A stretch of 8,997 nt of DNA from a virus (Duplodnaviria; Heunggongvirae; Uroviricota; Caudoviricetes): positions 1 to 8,997 of the IMG/VR virus record IMGVR_UViG_2718218128_000006; one strand, written 5' to 3'. A program made the translations under genes and the position numbers. Positions 1-7,553 of this stretch are shown here, in pieces (positions within the stretch are counted from its first letter, which is position 1; every line of letters begins with the position of its first letter). The notes beneath the pieces are model-generated. The model did no database searches. It was not told the origin of the DNA and was given only the letters and a program-made list of their open reading frames with translations.

Positions 1-29
1 GATAGCTCCTCCTGACAAAAACAGGAACG

Positions 30-440
30 ATGCCATTTGCGCGCTATTTCTGCATTTTCATAAACGTTGGTTTGGGAGAAGCGGCAAAACGGGATGTGGG
101 CACAGGGGAAAATCAGATACCGGACATGGTTTCATTTAGTGGGGTGAGGGATTTTTACGGAAAACAACTTTTGCCAGGAGGGTTGATACTCCAGTGGCTG
201 ACGATTCCATCAAGTGCAGCAGCCAAAGCTGTAACACTGAATAATGGTAATTATCAGCTGTCAGGTTATAAATGGCCCCAGTCATTTGGTGTCCTGTTTG
301 CTGTGTTTGCCACAAAAGTTTCTGGCTCGACTAACGAAGCATACGCAATCTCAGTTAATCGTCACTCTACCGATGTAATTGTCACCTGGAATGCCCGTAA
401 GGCTGATGATGTCCACATTTTAGGAATTGGGAAATTATGA
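30..440 (+). CDS. Alternative (currently silent) tail-fibre C-terminal cassette; genuine homology starts at about 67, and codons 30-66 are only open read-through upstream of the crossover site
   Basis: Encodes [21 protein letters not shown], identical to a stretch of the minus-strand fibre (1232..1888), then diverges. Promoterless in this orientation. Stop TGA 438-440 overlaps the next start (ATGA). Confidence 0.55.
   Translation: MPFARYFCIFINVGLGEAAKRDVGTGENQIPDMVSFSGVRDFYGKQLLPGGLILQWLTIPSSAAAKAVTLNNGNYQLSGYKWPQSFGVLFAVFATKVSGSTNEAYAISVNRHSTDVIVTWNARKADDVHILGIGKL
55..80. other. Putative 26-bp invertase crossover site (hix/gix/pix-like), left
   Basis: TTTTCATAAACG-TT-GGTTTGGGAGAA: imperfect palindrome with an AAACG/GGTTT core around central TT; 21/26 identical to the reverse complement of the right site. 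Confidence 0.5.
67..128. repeat. Left copy of the 62-bp inverted repeat flanking the invertible segment
   Basis: Reverse complement of 1538..1599 with one mismatch (position 101, paired with 1565). Confidence 0.85.
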
Positions 441-856
441 AAATGAAATGGTCCCCATCTGTTCAGGGATTTTTCTCTGAAAACAACAGTGATATTCCCG
501 ATGATGCTTTCGATATTGAAGATGCTCTTTATTATGAACTTATGAATGGTCAGAGTACTGGGAAAATTATTATCAATAGCCCGGATAACTACCCTGTACT
601 TACTGAATATCCAGCGAAGACACAGGAACAGGAAATAGCTGAAGCGGAGGGAATGAAAAATATACTTATTGAACAAGCCAACGATTATATGAACAGTAAA
701 CAATGGCCTGGTAAAGCGGCTATTGGCCGGCTGAAAGGTGAGGAACTGGCGCAATATAATTTGTGGCTGGATTACCTGGACGCACTGGAACTGGTCGATA
801 CTTCCGGTGCGCCAGATATTGAATGGCCTACGCCGCCGGCAGTTCAGGCCAGCTAA
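437..856 (+). CDS. Tail fibre assembly protein (Tfa chaperone) of the alternative cassette
   Basis: 139 aa; C-terminal [16 protein letters not shown] matches the conserved Tfa C-terminal signature; ATG 437 is coupled to the upstream cassette stop. Confidence 0.7.
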   Translation: MKMKWSPSVQGFFSENNSDIPDDAFDIEDALYYELMNGQSTGKIIINSPDNYPVLTEYPAKTQEQEIAEAEGMKNILIEQANDYMNSKQWPGKAAIGRLKGEELAQYNLWLDYLDALELVDTSGAPDIEWPTPPAVQAS

Positions 857-1223
857 TCTCAGGAGCCGTCGAAGTGTCGACGGCTTTTACTTCTTTTTTG
901 TAGTCCATCCAAGCAGATAGTTTTTCTTTATCTGTACTGCTGATATCACCAAGCATTAATTCCACTCGCCAGTCAGCTGTGACATTATCGGCATGAGCAA
1001 GTAACTGCATTCGCTGATTTTCCGCACGTGCGACATAATCAATCGCCGGGGATTTTAATACCGGTAAACCATTTTTATCTGACGTAATTAATTTACCCCC
1101 TTCCTGCTGTCCGGCAATTAATTCATTGTATAAGTCTGTACATATCTCAACAATGTCAGCAGGCATGTCACTGTTTATACCATCGAAGAAAAAACCATTA
1201 GTCGATTTTGAGAAATAAATCAT
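828..1223 (-). CDS. Tail fibre assembly protein (Tfa chaperone) of the currently expressed cassette
   Basis: ATG at 1223-1221 lies 8 nt after the fibre stop (TAG, 1234-1232); C-terminal [15 protein letters not shown] Tfa signature. The ORF-track start at 1253 is a TTG inside the fibre gene and was not used. Confidence 0.75.
   Translation of the reverse strand: MIYFSKSTNGFFFDGINSDMPADIVEICTDLYNELIAGQQEGGKLITSDKNGLPVLKSPAIDYVARAENQRMQLLAHADNVTADWRVELMLGDISSTDKEKLSAWMDYKKEVKAVDTSTAPEISWPELPAA
863..899 (+). terminator. Intrinsic terminator-like hairpin (9-bp perfect stem, 4-nt loop, T-rich tail) downstream of the alternative tfa, embedded in the opposite-strand tfa coding sequence
   Basis: AGCCGTCGA-AGTG-TCGACGGCT followed by TTTACTTCTTTTTTG. 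Confidence 0.5.
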
Positions 1224-1231
1224 AGATATAC

Positions 1232-1888
1232 CTATACACCGATTGCTACCCAAAAACAGGACCTTTCATATTTGACAATTTCTCCCTGAGATATACCGCC
1301 AACAATTATATAGAACTGTGATTTGCTGATATCAGAACAGTTCGCTATGCCCATTGCAGATATACCCGCCACCGACGTTGTATGTGGTACAGCCAACAGC
1401 GCAAGTGAACGATTTGGGAATGTTACCGGGTAAGTCACCGTATAGTTTGATGCTCCACTGACTATACCCCACTGAATAATCAGACCTGAAGGGAGTTTTT
1501 GAAAACCCGTTGATGAAAGTGAACTGGCAAACGCCGCCATGTCCGGTATCTGATTTTCCCCTGTCCCCACATCCCGTTTTGCCGCTTCTCCCAAACCAAG
1601 GTTTTCGAGAGCCGTTTTCACCGTGCCATCCGATTTGATATCACCAAACGGATTCTTGCGGCTTAACAGCAGGGCACGAAGCGCGGTAAGCAACTGGTCG
1701 TTTCGCCCCTTCTCCAGGCTGGCACCGGATGCCTCCACCACGCTGCAAAGCTCCTCCTGCAACATATCAAAGTAGTCATCATCCAGATTGGTAGCAGGTG
1801 TGCCAGTCTGGGGGTTACCACGGGTAAAACCGTTCTTACCCGCGCCGAACTTATCCTTCTGCGCGGTTTTCGTGTCTATACGATGCAT
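1232..1888 (-). CDS. Tail fibre protein (218 aa): constant N-terminal part (codons 1-96) fused to a variable C-terminal part inside the invertible segment
   Basis: ATG 1888-1886 with GGAG 8 nt upstream; N-terminus [20 protein letters not shown]...; residues 97-117 are encoded by the inverted repeat shared with the alternative cassette. Confidence 0.8.
   Translation of the reverse strand: MHRIDTKTAQKDKFGAGKNGFTRGNPQTGTPATNLDDDYFDMLQEELCSVVEASGASLEKGRNDQLLTALRALLLSRKNPFGDIKSDGTVKTALENLGLGEAAKRDVGTGENQIPDMAAFASSLSSTGFQKLPSGLIIQWGIVSGASNYTVTYPVTFPNRSLALLAVPHTTSVAGISAMGIANCSDISKSQFYIIVGGISQGEIVKYERSCFWVAIGV
1538..1599. repeat. Right copy of the 62-bp inverted repeat flanking the invertible segment
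   Basis: 61/62 identity to the reverse complement of 67..128; encodes [21 protein letters not shown] in the expressed fibre. Confidence 0.85.
1586..1611. other. Putative 26-bp invertase crossover site (hix/gix/pix-like), right
   Basis: TTCTCCCAAACC-AA-GGTTTTCGAGAG; its 12-bp core AAACCAAGGTTT is the same as the hixL core as I recall it; lies inside the fibre coding sequence at the constant/variable boundary. Confidence 0.55.
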
Positions 1889-1891
1889 GGA

Positions 1892-2476
1892 TTACTCCGG
1901 ATATTTAAAAATTACGTAGGTATGCGACGGGCAGAGTTTGTTAAGCACACATTCGACAACGGTGTCGCCCCAGATACGCAGCGCGGAATCACAGGGATCG
2001 CCACATGTCATCCAGGTGGTGTTTGTGGCGGCTGGCATGTTGACCTGCCAGTAATACCGCCATTCCGGCGCATTCACCGCGTCAGTACAGGCCGATGAGC
2101 AGGTGAACGTGCGTTTGTCGTATCGCGTGATGGTAGCGTCTGGTCTGCCCAGGGCAGCAAGCTGTGCAAGATAAAAATTCTCGTTGATGCCGCCCGCCAG
2201 GTTAACCTTCGCATCCAGCCGTTGCTGACGCTGGCGAAGGGTCTGTGTCCCTGCGGGAATACATTCATCCGGCAGACCGCACAGACGCTCCCAGCGGTTT
2301 ATCAGTTCAGTGGTGGTGCGCGGATCCAGCTCCCGCATCAGGGCATCCGCACGCTGATGAACGCGGGTTAATGACGGTGCCGCACCGGCAATCGCCGGAT
2401 CGCTGGCTGACCACGCCGGACCGGGGGGCAACAGTGCCGACAACAGACGGATGTAATCATCGTTTGTCACGTCCAT
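1892..2476 (-). CDS. Phage tail protein, DUF2313 / YmfQ-like (Mu gp48-like), 194 aa
   Basis: Length and position between a baseplate J-like gene and the fibre gene, as in the e14 tail module; stop is 3 nt before the fibre start. Family assignment is from memory, not searched. Confidence 0.65.
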   Translation of the reverse strand: MDVTNDDYIRLLSALLPPGPAWSASDPAIAGAAPSLTRVHQRADALMRELDPRTTTELINRWERLCGLPDECIPAGTQTLRQRQQRLDAKVNLAGGINENFYLAQLAALGRPDATITRYDKRTFTCSSACTDAVNAPEWRYYWQVNMPAATNTTWMTCGDPCDSALRIWGDTVVECVLNKLCPSHTYVIFKYPE

Positions 2477-3525
2477 GAAATCGTCCCCAGTACCGCCAGT
2501 TCATTTTTTGCAATGGAGATATTGTCTGCCGGTGCAAGCAACTGATGGCTGTATTCCCCGTTCGCACCGGAAATCGCCTCACTGATACGCGATACCTTCA
2601 GTTCTCCCTGCGGATAACCATCACGCAGCAGGAGCGAACGCAACTCCGCGGTGATGGCAGCCCGTATTTCCGGTGTGTCCGGCGTCACGCGGATATGAAA
2701 ATCCACCGTATGTGCCACCGGCCTGAACACATACAAATCAGAGCCTGCCACCGGGGCCAGTGGCCCGATATGTTGTCTTGCCGCCGTTTCCGTTGATTCT
2801 TCCGGAATGGGATTAATCAGGTCACTGCTGGCAATCATCACACCGACAGTTCCCGTTCCCATCCAGTGACGGTATGTCCATGCGCGGGTAATGCCGGGCA
2901 CTTCTTTAGCCCAGACGACATAGTCCCCGTCAGCCCCACCCTGCGGCGTCCAGTAATACCGCTCAATGACGCGGGCGCGCCACGTTTCCAGCTCTTCAGT
3001 ATCAAATCCGCCTGTCAGGGTGTCAGCCACACCAGAAGACGGCAGACCATTCACCGGCGTGACCAGGATTAATGCCATACCGTCGTCAGCGTTACCGACC
3101 GCGCCTGCATTTGAGCAGGCGATCGGCACGCGCAGGACACCACCGGAGCTGGTTGCATCGGCAGTTGCCGTGTACTGAACCAGGTCATCGCGCTGAATAA
3201 CACTCCCGGCAGTCACCTTCAGGCCATCGCTGACACCTTCCCAGCGCATATACCCGCTGGCAGCCGTGGCCCCCTTGCGCGGACACCGTTTCATCGCAGC
3301 ATGTCGCGCCAGCCAGGACTCATCGCACAGGTCAGGCAGCATGTTCATTGCCAGATAATCGATGTACCCGTAAACCGTATGCAGCGCCGCCGCATACACC
3401 TTTGCCCGCACGTCTTCATCCATGCGCCGGAGCGTGTCGCTGACGTCCAGCCTGGCGAATAAATCGTTACGGAGCATACTGATATTTTCTGCCAGCGTCG
3501 GGCGCTGAAATTCACTGTCCGCCAT
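2467..3525 (-). CDS. Baseplate J-like protein (Mu gp47 / P2 gpJ family), 352 aa
   Basis: ATG 3525-3523; overlaps the downstream gene start by 10 nt; Gly/Asp-rich central region typical of baseplate J proteins; GC-rich codon usage unlike the accessory genes to its right. Confidence 0.7.
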   Translation of the reverse strand: MADSEFQRPTLAENISMLRNDLFARLDVSDTLRRMDEDVRAKVYAAALHTVYGYIDYLAMNMLPDLCDESWLARHAAMKRCPRKGATAASGYMRWEGVSDGLKVTAGSVIQRDDLVQYTATADATSSGGVLRVPIACSNAGAVGNADDGMALILVTPVNGLPSSGVADTLTGGFDTEELETWRARVIERYYWTPQGGADGDYVVWAKEVPGITRAWTYRHWMGTGTVGVMIASSDLINPIPEESTETAARQHIGPLAPVAGSDLYVFRPVAHTVDFHIRVTPDTPEIRAAITAELRSLLLRDGYPQGELKVSRISEAISGANGEYSHQLLAPADNISIAKNELAVLGTISWT

Positions 3526-3883
3526 GCGTTATCGCACTCCACAGATCATCAAAAGAAATCATTACCGGTCCGTCACGACGCCAGAGGGTGATACTGTTAC
3601 CCAGTTCATTAATCCCGGTGCGGCGGATATCCAGATCAATACGGGACACCACGCCGTCATCAATCATCCATTGCAGGCATTCGCGGATATACCCCCTTAC
3701 CGTCAGCACCAGCTGATTGGTCAGTTTGCTGCGCTGAAGCAGCCACAGTCGGGAGCCGTAACGGTCATTCTGTACCGCAGGCCAGGTAACCGCGGGAAAA
3801 TTTCCGAAGAAGACACCACCGAAACGCCGATGTATGTCAATCGCGGTGGTCGCCTGACTATTCTGCAGGAAGAACAGGGACAG
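3512..3883 (-). pseudogene. Remnant of an upstream baseplate gene (possibly GPW/gp25-like); 124-codon open frame with no ATG, and only one GTG (3709-3707) that would give a 65-aa product
   Basis: Frame is open from the in-frame TAA at 3886-3884 down to 3512 and overlaps the J-like start by 14 nt (operon-style), but the first 58 codons contain no canonical start codon. Confidence 0.35.
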
Positions 3884-3939
3884 TTACTGACTCTTGCCGG
3901 TGAACCTGACGGAAAACTCCGCGCAGCAGGTCGTTAATA

Positions 3940-3990
3940 TCGTTTTTAATTAACTGATTATTTATCTCATCACTGAATATCTTTATATAG
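3940..3990 (+). promoter_or_regulatory. Putative promoter region for the accessory/xis/int operon (AT-rich, sigma70-like hexamers)
   Basis: TTAACT (3950..3955), a 18-19 bp spacer, then TGAATAT / TATATA upstream of the GAGGA RBS; hexamer assignment is uncertain. Confidence 0.2.
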
Positions 3991-4002
3991 TGAGGACTTA
4001 TT

Positions 4003-4827
4003 ATGTCTCAGAACTTAGACGCAACCGCAATTAATCAAATCCATGCCCTTATTTCTGCTCAGGGTGTTAATGAAATTATCAGTAAGATTGGTGCCGATGC
4101 TGTGGCATTGCCTGAGAATTTCCGCATTCATGATCTGGAAAAATTTAATTTAAATCGCTTCCGTTTCCGTGGTGCGCTTTCCACTGCCAGCATCGATGAC
4201 TTTACCCGTTATTCTAAAGATCTTGCAGATGAAGGCACCCGCTGCTTTATCGATGCTGATAATATGCGTGCCGTCAGTGTGCTTAACCTGGGTACTATTG
4301 ATGAACCAGGTCACGCAGATAACACCGCCACACTCAAACTGAAAAAGACAGCACCGTTCTCTGCTCTGTTGTCTGTTAACGGCGAGCGTAACTCCCAGAA
4401 GTCACTAGCAGAATGGATTGAAGACTGGGCCGACTATCTTGTGGGCTTTGATGCTAATGGTGACGCTATTCAGGCAACAAAAGCGGCTGCGGCTGTCCGT
4501 AAAATCACGATTGAAGCAAACCAGACCGCTGATTTTGAAGATAATGACTTCAGCGGCAAACGCTCCCTGATGGAGTCTGTCGAAGCGAAGACCAAAGACA
4601 TTATGCCAGTGGCATTTGAATTTAAATGCGTTCCGTTTGAAGGTCTGAAAGAACGTCCGTTTAAATTACGCCTCAGTATTATCACTGGCGATCGTCCTGT
4701 ACTGGTTCTGCGCATTATTCAGCTGGAGGCGGTGCAGGAAGAAATGGCTAACGAATTTCGTGATCTGCTTGTTGAGAAATTCAAGGACAGCAAAGTAGAA
4801 ACCTTTATTGGTACTTTCACCGCCTGA
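4003..4827 (+). CDS. Prophage accessory protein, YfdQ-like (DUF2303), 274 aa
   Basis: ATG 4003 with GAGGA 6 nt upstream; first gene of a same-strand cluster whose lengths (274/178/120/101 aa) match my recollection of K-12 yfdQ-yfdR-yfdS-yfdT. Confidence 0.6.
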   Translation: MSQNLDATAINQIHALISAQGVNEIISKIGADAVALPENFRIHDLEKFNLNRFRFRGALSTASIDDFTRYSKDLADEGTRCFIDADNMRAVSVLNLGTIDEPGHADNTATLKLKKTAPFSALLSVNGERNSQKSLAEWIEDWADYLVGFDANGDAIQATKAAAAVRKITIEANQTADFEDNDFSGKRSLMESVEAKTKDIMPVAFEFKCVPFEGLKERPFKLRLSIITGDRPVLVLRIIQLEAVQEEMANEFRDLLVEKFKDSKVETFIGTFTA

Positions 4828-4839
4828 TTTCATTACTGC

Positions 4840-4861
4840 AAATGCCCCTGCGGGGGCATTT
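4840..4861 (+). terminator. Short hairpin just after the YfdQ-like stop (9-bp stem AAATGCCCC / GGGGCATTT, loop TGCG); weak terminator or attenuator candidate
   Basis: Perfect inverted repeat directly readable in the sequence; lacks a strong downstream U-tract. Confidence 0.25.
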
Positions 4862-4954
4862 ATGGAAACGTAATTTACTCAATAATCGCCGGATGGTGAG
4901 GGATTCTTTTTACCAGAATTCAGCGCGGTGCAGCGCATATACGTGGAGAACAAA

Positions 4955-5491
4955 ATGTCATTTATTAAAACTTTTTACGGGAAGCATTTTTATTATGACA
5001 GGATAAATAAAGACGACATCGATATTAACGATATCGCGGTTTCCCTTTCAAATATCTGTCGCTTTGCCGGTCATCTTTCGCACTTCTACAGCGTCGCCCA
5101 ACATGCGGTTCTTTGCAGCCAGCTGGTGCCGCAGGAATTTGCTTTTGAAGCGTTAATGCATGATGCAACAGAAGCGTATTGCCAGGACATTCCCGCACCA
5201 CTGAAACGCCTTCTTCCTGACTATAAACAAATGGAAGAAAAAATAGACGCCGTAATCCGTGAGAAATACGGGTTACCCCCAGTTATGAGTACGCCCGTGA
5301 AATATGCCGATCTCATCATGCTGGCAACCGAACGCCGCGATCTCGGGCTTGATGATGGCTCTTTCTGGCCTGTACTGGAAGGTATCCCGGCAACAGAGAT
5401 GTTCAACGTGATTCCACTGGCACCGGGCCATGCCTACGGGATGTTTATGGAACGCTTTAACGAGTTATCGGAGTTACGCAAATGCGCATGA
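4955..5491 (+). CDS. HD-domain phosphohydrolase, YfdR-like (5'-deoxynucleotidase family), 178 aa
   Basis: ATG 4955 with GGAGAA upstream (preferred over the GTG at 4928, which lacks an RBS); HD motifs in SVAQHAV and LMHDATEAY (HD codons at 5159..5164). Confidence 0.75.
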   Translation: MSFIKTFYGKHFYYDRINKDDIDINDIAVSLSNICRFAGHLSHFYSVAQHAVLCSQLVPQEFAFEALMHDATEAYCQDIPAPLKRLLPDYKQMEEKIDAVIREKYGLPPVMSTPVKYADLIMLATERRDLGLDDGSFWPVLEGIPATEMFNVIPLAPGHAYGMFMERFNELSELRKCA

Positions 5492-5844
5492 ATGTTTTCG
5501 AAATGGAAGGGTTTCTTCGTGGGAGATGTGTACCGCGAGATCTGAAAGTAAATGAAACAGATGCTGAATACCTAGTGCGTAAATTCGATGCGCTTGAAGC
5601 TAAATGTGCAGCACAGGAAAACAAAGTAATACCAGTGTCAACTGAACTGCCACCAGCAAATGAAAGTGTTTTGTTATTCGATGCTAACGGAGAAGGCTGG
5701 CTAATTGGCTGGCGTTCTCTCTGGTACACCTGGGGACAAAAAGAAACCGGAGAATGGCAGTGGACATTTCAGGTCGGGGACCTTGAAAACGTCAATATCA
5801 CTCACTGGGCAGTAATGCCAAAAGCACCGGAGGCTGGAGCATAA
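5482..5844 (+). CDS. DUF551-family prophage protein, YfdS-like, 120 aa
   Basis: ATG 5482 with GGAG 8 nt upstream; overlaps the preceding stop by 10 nt; C-terminal W-rich region ending ITHWAVMPKAP is typical of DUF551. Confidence 0.6.
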   Translation: MRMNVFEMEGFLRGRCVPRDLKVNETDAEYLVRKFDALEAKCAAQENKVIPVSTELPPANESVLLFDANGEGWLIGWRSLWYTWGQKETGEWQWTFQVGDLENVNITHWAVMPKAPEAGA

Positions 5845-6149
5845 TGACCACTTTTACCGACAAAGAACTGATTAAAGAAATTAAAGAGCGTATCAGCAGC
5901 CTTGACGTGCGAGACGATATTGAGCGCCGTGCTTATGAAATCGCACTCCTATCTCTGGAAGTAGAACCAGATGAACGCGAAGCTTATGAATTATTCATGG
6001 AAAAGCGTTTCGGTGACTTAGTAGATCGTCGGAGAGCAAAAAACGGCGATAACGAATACATGGCATGGGATATGACTCTCGGTTGGATCGTCTGGCAGCA
6101 ACGAGCTGGTATCCATTTTTCAACAATGTCACAGCAAGAGGTGAAATAA
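5844..6149 (+). CDS. Small prophage early protein, YfdT-like, 101 aa
   Basis: Start overlaps the upstream stop (TAATG at 5842-5846); GGAG 4 nt upstream; stop overlaps the xis start (TAATG at 6147-6151). Confidence 0.5.
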   Translation: MTTFTDKELIKEIKERISSLDVRDDIERRAYEIALLSLEVEPDEREAYELFMEKRFGDLVDRRRAKNGDNEYMAWDMTLGWIVWQQRAGIHFSTMSQQEVK

Positions 6150-6499
6150 TGGAGCCATACAGCCTCACACTCGATGAGGCCTGTCATTTTCTCAAGATAT
6201 CCAGACCGACTGCCATTAACTGGATACGCACAGGGCGTCTTCAGGCAACACGCAAAGATCCCACTAAGAATAAATCTCCTTACCTCACAACACGACAAGC
6301 CTGCATTGCGGCTCTTCAGTCTCCGCTGCATACTGTCCAGGTGAGCGCGGGTGATGGCATAACAGAGGAAAGAAAATGTCACTCTTCCGCAGAGGTGAAA
6401 TATGGTACGCCAGTTTCACATTGCCGAACGGTAAAAGATTTAAACAGTCTCTTGGAACAAAGGACAAAAGGCAGGCGACAGAACTCCATGACAAGCTAA
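6149..6499 (+). CDS. xis: Excisionase / recombination directionality factor (P22 Xis-like, 116 aa, HTH)
   Basis: ATG 6149 with AGAGGTGA upstream; N-terminal HTH-like [26 protein letters not shown]; lies immediately upstream of int and overlaps it out of frame. The ORF-track start at 6065 lacks an RBS and lies inside the upstream gene. Confidence 0.7.
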   Translation: MEPYSLTLDEACHFLKISRPTAINWIRTGRLQATRKDPTKNKSPYLTTRQACIAALQSPLHTVQVSAGDGITEERKCHSSAEVKYGTPVSHCRTVKDLNSLLEQRTKGRRQNSMTS

Positions 6500-7539
6500 A
6501 GGCTGAAGCATGGCGGGTCAGCAAACTTGGTGAAATACCTGATATAACGTTCGAGGAAGCGTGTGTCAGGTGGCTTGAAGAGAAAGCACATAAAAAATCA
6601 CTGGACGATGACAAAAGCCGGATCGGATTCTGGCTTCAACATTTCGCAGGAATGCAACTAAGAGACATTACTGAATCAAAAATTTATTCAGCAATGCAGA
6701 AAATGACGAACCGGCGTCATGAGGAAAACTGGAAACTCAGGGCAGAAGCATGCAGAAAAAAAGGGAAACCTGTTCCAGAATACACGCCAAAACCAGCGTC
6801 CGTTGCAACGAAGGCTACGCATCTTTCATTTATAAAGGCCCTACTAAGAGCCGCAGAGCGTGAATGGAAAATGCTGGATAAGGCACCAATTATTAAAGTG
6901 CCCCAACCAAAGAATAAACGGATCCGCTGGCTGGAGCCCCATGAAGCACAAAGGCTGATTGATGAATGTCCGGAGCCATTAAAGTCTGTTGTTGAATTTG
7001 CACTGGCAACAGGCCTAAGACGCTCGAACATCATCAACCTTGAATGGCAACAAATAGATATGCAGCGCCGGGTGGCATGGATAAACCCGGAAGAGAGTAA
7101 ATCAAACCGCGCAATTGGCGTTGCGCTGAATGATACTGCATGTCGCGTATTGAAAAAACAAATCGGGAATCATCACCGTTGGGTATTTGTGTACAAGGAA
7201 AGCTGTACCAAACCAGACGGAACGAAAGCGCCAACAGTCAGGAAGATGCGGTATGACGCAAACACAGCCTGGAAAGCGGCGCTGAGACGGGCTGGTATTG
7301 ATGATTTCAGATTTCACGACTTGAGACACACTTGGGCAAGTTGGCTGGTTCAAGCCGGAGTCCCGTTGTCAGTGTTACAGGAAATGGGAGGCTGGGAGTC
7401 TATCGAAATGGTTCGTCGATATGCTCACCTTGCACCTAATCACCTTACCGAACACGCACGGCAAATAGACTCGATCCTAAACCCATCGGTCCCAAATTTG
7501 TCCCAGTCAAAAAATAAGGAAGGTACTAATGATGTGTAA
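6376..7539 (+). CDS. int: Site-specific tyrosine integrase (P22-type Int), 387 aa
   Basis: GAGGAA RBS; C-terminal catalytic signature [10 protein letters not shown] ... RRYAHL (H-x-x-R and Tyr); ends 14 nt from the tRNA-Thr 3' end. Resemblance to P22 Int is recalled, not searched. Confidence 0.9.
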   Translation: MSLFRRGEIWYASFTLPNGKRFKQSLGTKDKRQATELHDKLKAEAWRVSKLGEIPDITFEEACVRWLEEKAHKKSLDDDKSRIGFWLQHFAGMQLRDITESKIYSAMQKMTNRRHEENWKLRAEACRKKGKPVPEYTPKPASVATKATHLSFIKALLRAAEREWKMLDKAPIIKVPQPKNKRIRWLEPHEAQRLIDECPEPLKSVVEFALATGLRRSNIINLEWQQIDMQRRVAWINPEESKSNRAIGVALNDTACRVLKKQIGNHHRWVFVYKESCTKPDGTKAPTVRKMRYDANTAWKAALRRAGIDDFRFHDLRHTWASWLVQAGVPLSVLQEMGGWESIEMVRRYAHLAPNHLTEHARQIDSILNPSVPNLSQSKNKEGTNDV

Positions 7540-7553
7540 CTTATTGATTTAAA

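Larger units (their letters stand above)
68..1598. other. Invertible DNA segment (G/C/P-segment type) carrying two fibre C-terminal cassettes and two tfa genes in opposite orientations
   Basis: Bounded by inverted hix/gix-like sites; convergent tfa genes overlap at their 3' ends (828..856); the fibre constant region (1888..1600) lies outside the segment. Confidence 0.6.
1..7553. mobile_element. Reduced (cryptic) prophage remnant integrated at the 3' end of tRNA-Thr thrW; its distal (left) end lies outside the window
   Basis: Integrase gene abuts the tRNA 3' end; xis, phage accessory genes and a tail-fibre/baseplate module follow; no head, lysis, replication or repressor genes are present between them. 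Confidence 0.6.

Noticed and set aside
30-66. First 12 codons of ORF 30..440 ([13 protein letters not shown]) as real protein sequence
   Set aside because: They lie outside the crossover site and have no counterpart in the expressed fibre; the cassette is expressed only after inversion, when the constant N-terminus replaces them.
1224-1253. TTG start at 1253 for the minus-strand tfa
   Set aside because: It lies inside the fibre coding sequence; the ATG at 1223 sits 8 nt after the fibre stop and gives a typical Tfa N-terminus.
2074-3178. Short ORFs on either strand overlapping the J-like and DUF2313 genes (64-83 aa)
   Set aside because: All are embedded within longer, operon-coupled minus-strand genes and have Arg/Pro-rich composition typical of off-frame GC-rich sequence.
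3524-3937. Plus-strand 137-aa ORF
   Set aside because: It is antisense to the baseplate gene remnant, starts back-to-back with the J-like start codon, has no RBS and no recognisable motifs; most likely a GC-rich antisense artefact.
4928-4954. GTG start at 4928 for the HD-domain gene
   Set aside because: No RBS precedes it; the ATG at 4955 has GGAGAA upstream and gives 178 aa.
6065-6148. Upstream extension of the xis ORF (track start at 6065, 144 aa)
   Set aside because: No RBS, lies inside the preceding gene, and the ATG at 6149 has a strong RBS and gives the 116-aa size expected for a P22-type Xis.
5984-6614. Two minus-strand ORFs (132 aa Cys-rich at 5984..6382; 109 aa Ser-rich at 6285..6614) antisense to the yfdT-like gene, xis and int
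   Set aside because: Low-complexity composition, no RBS, and they fully overlap well-supported plus-strand genes.
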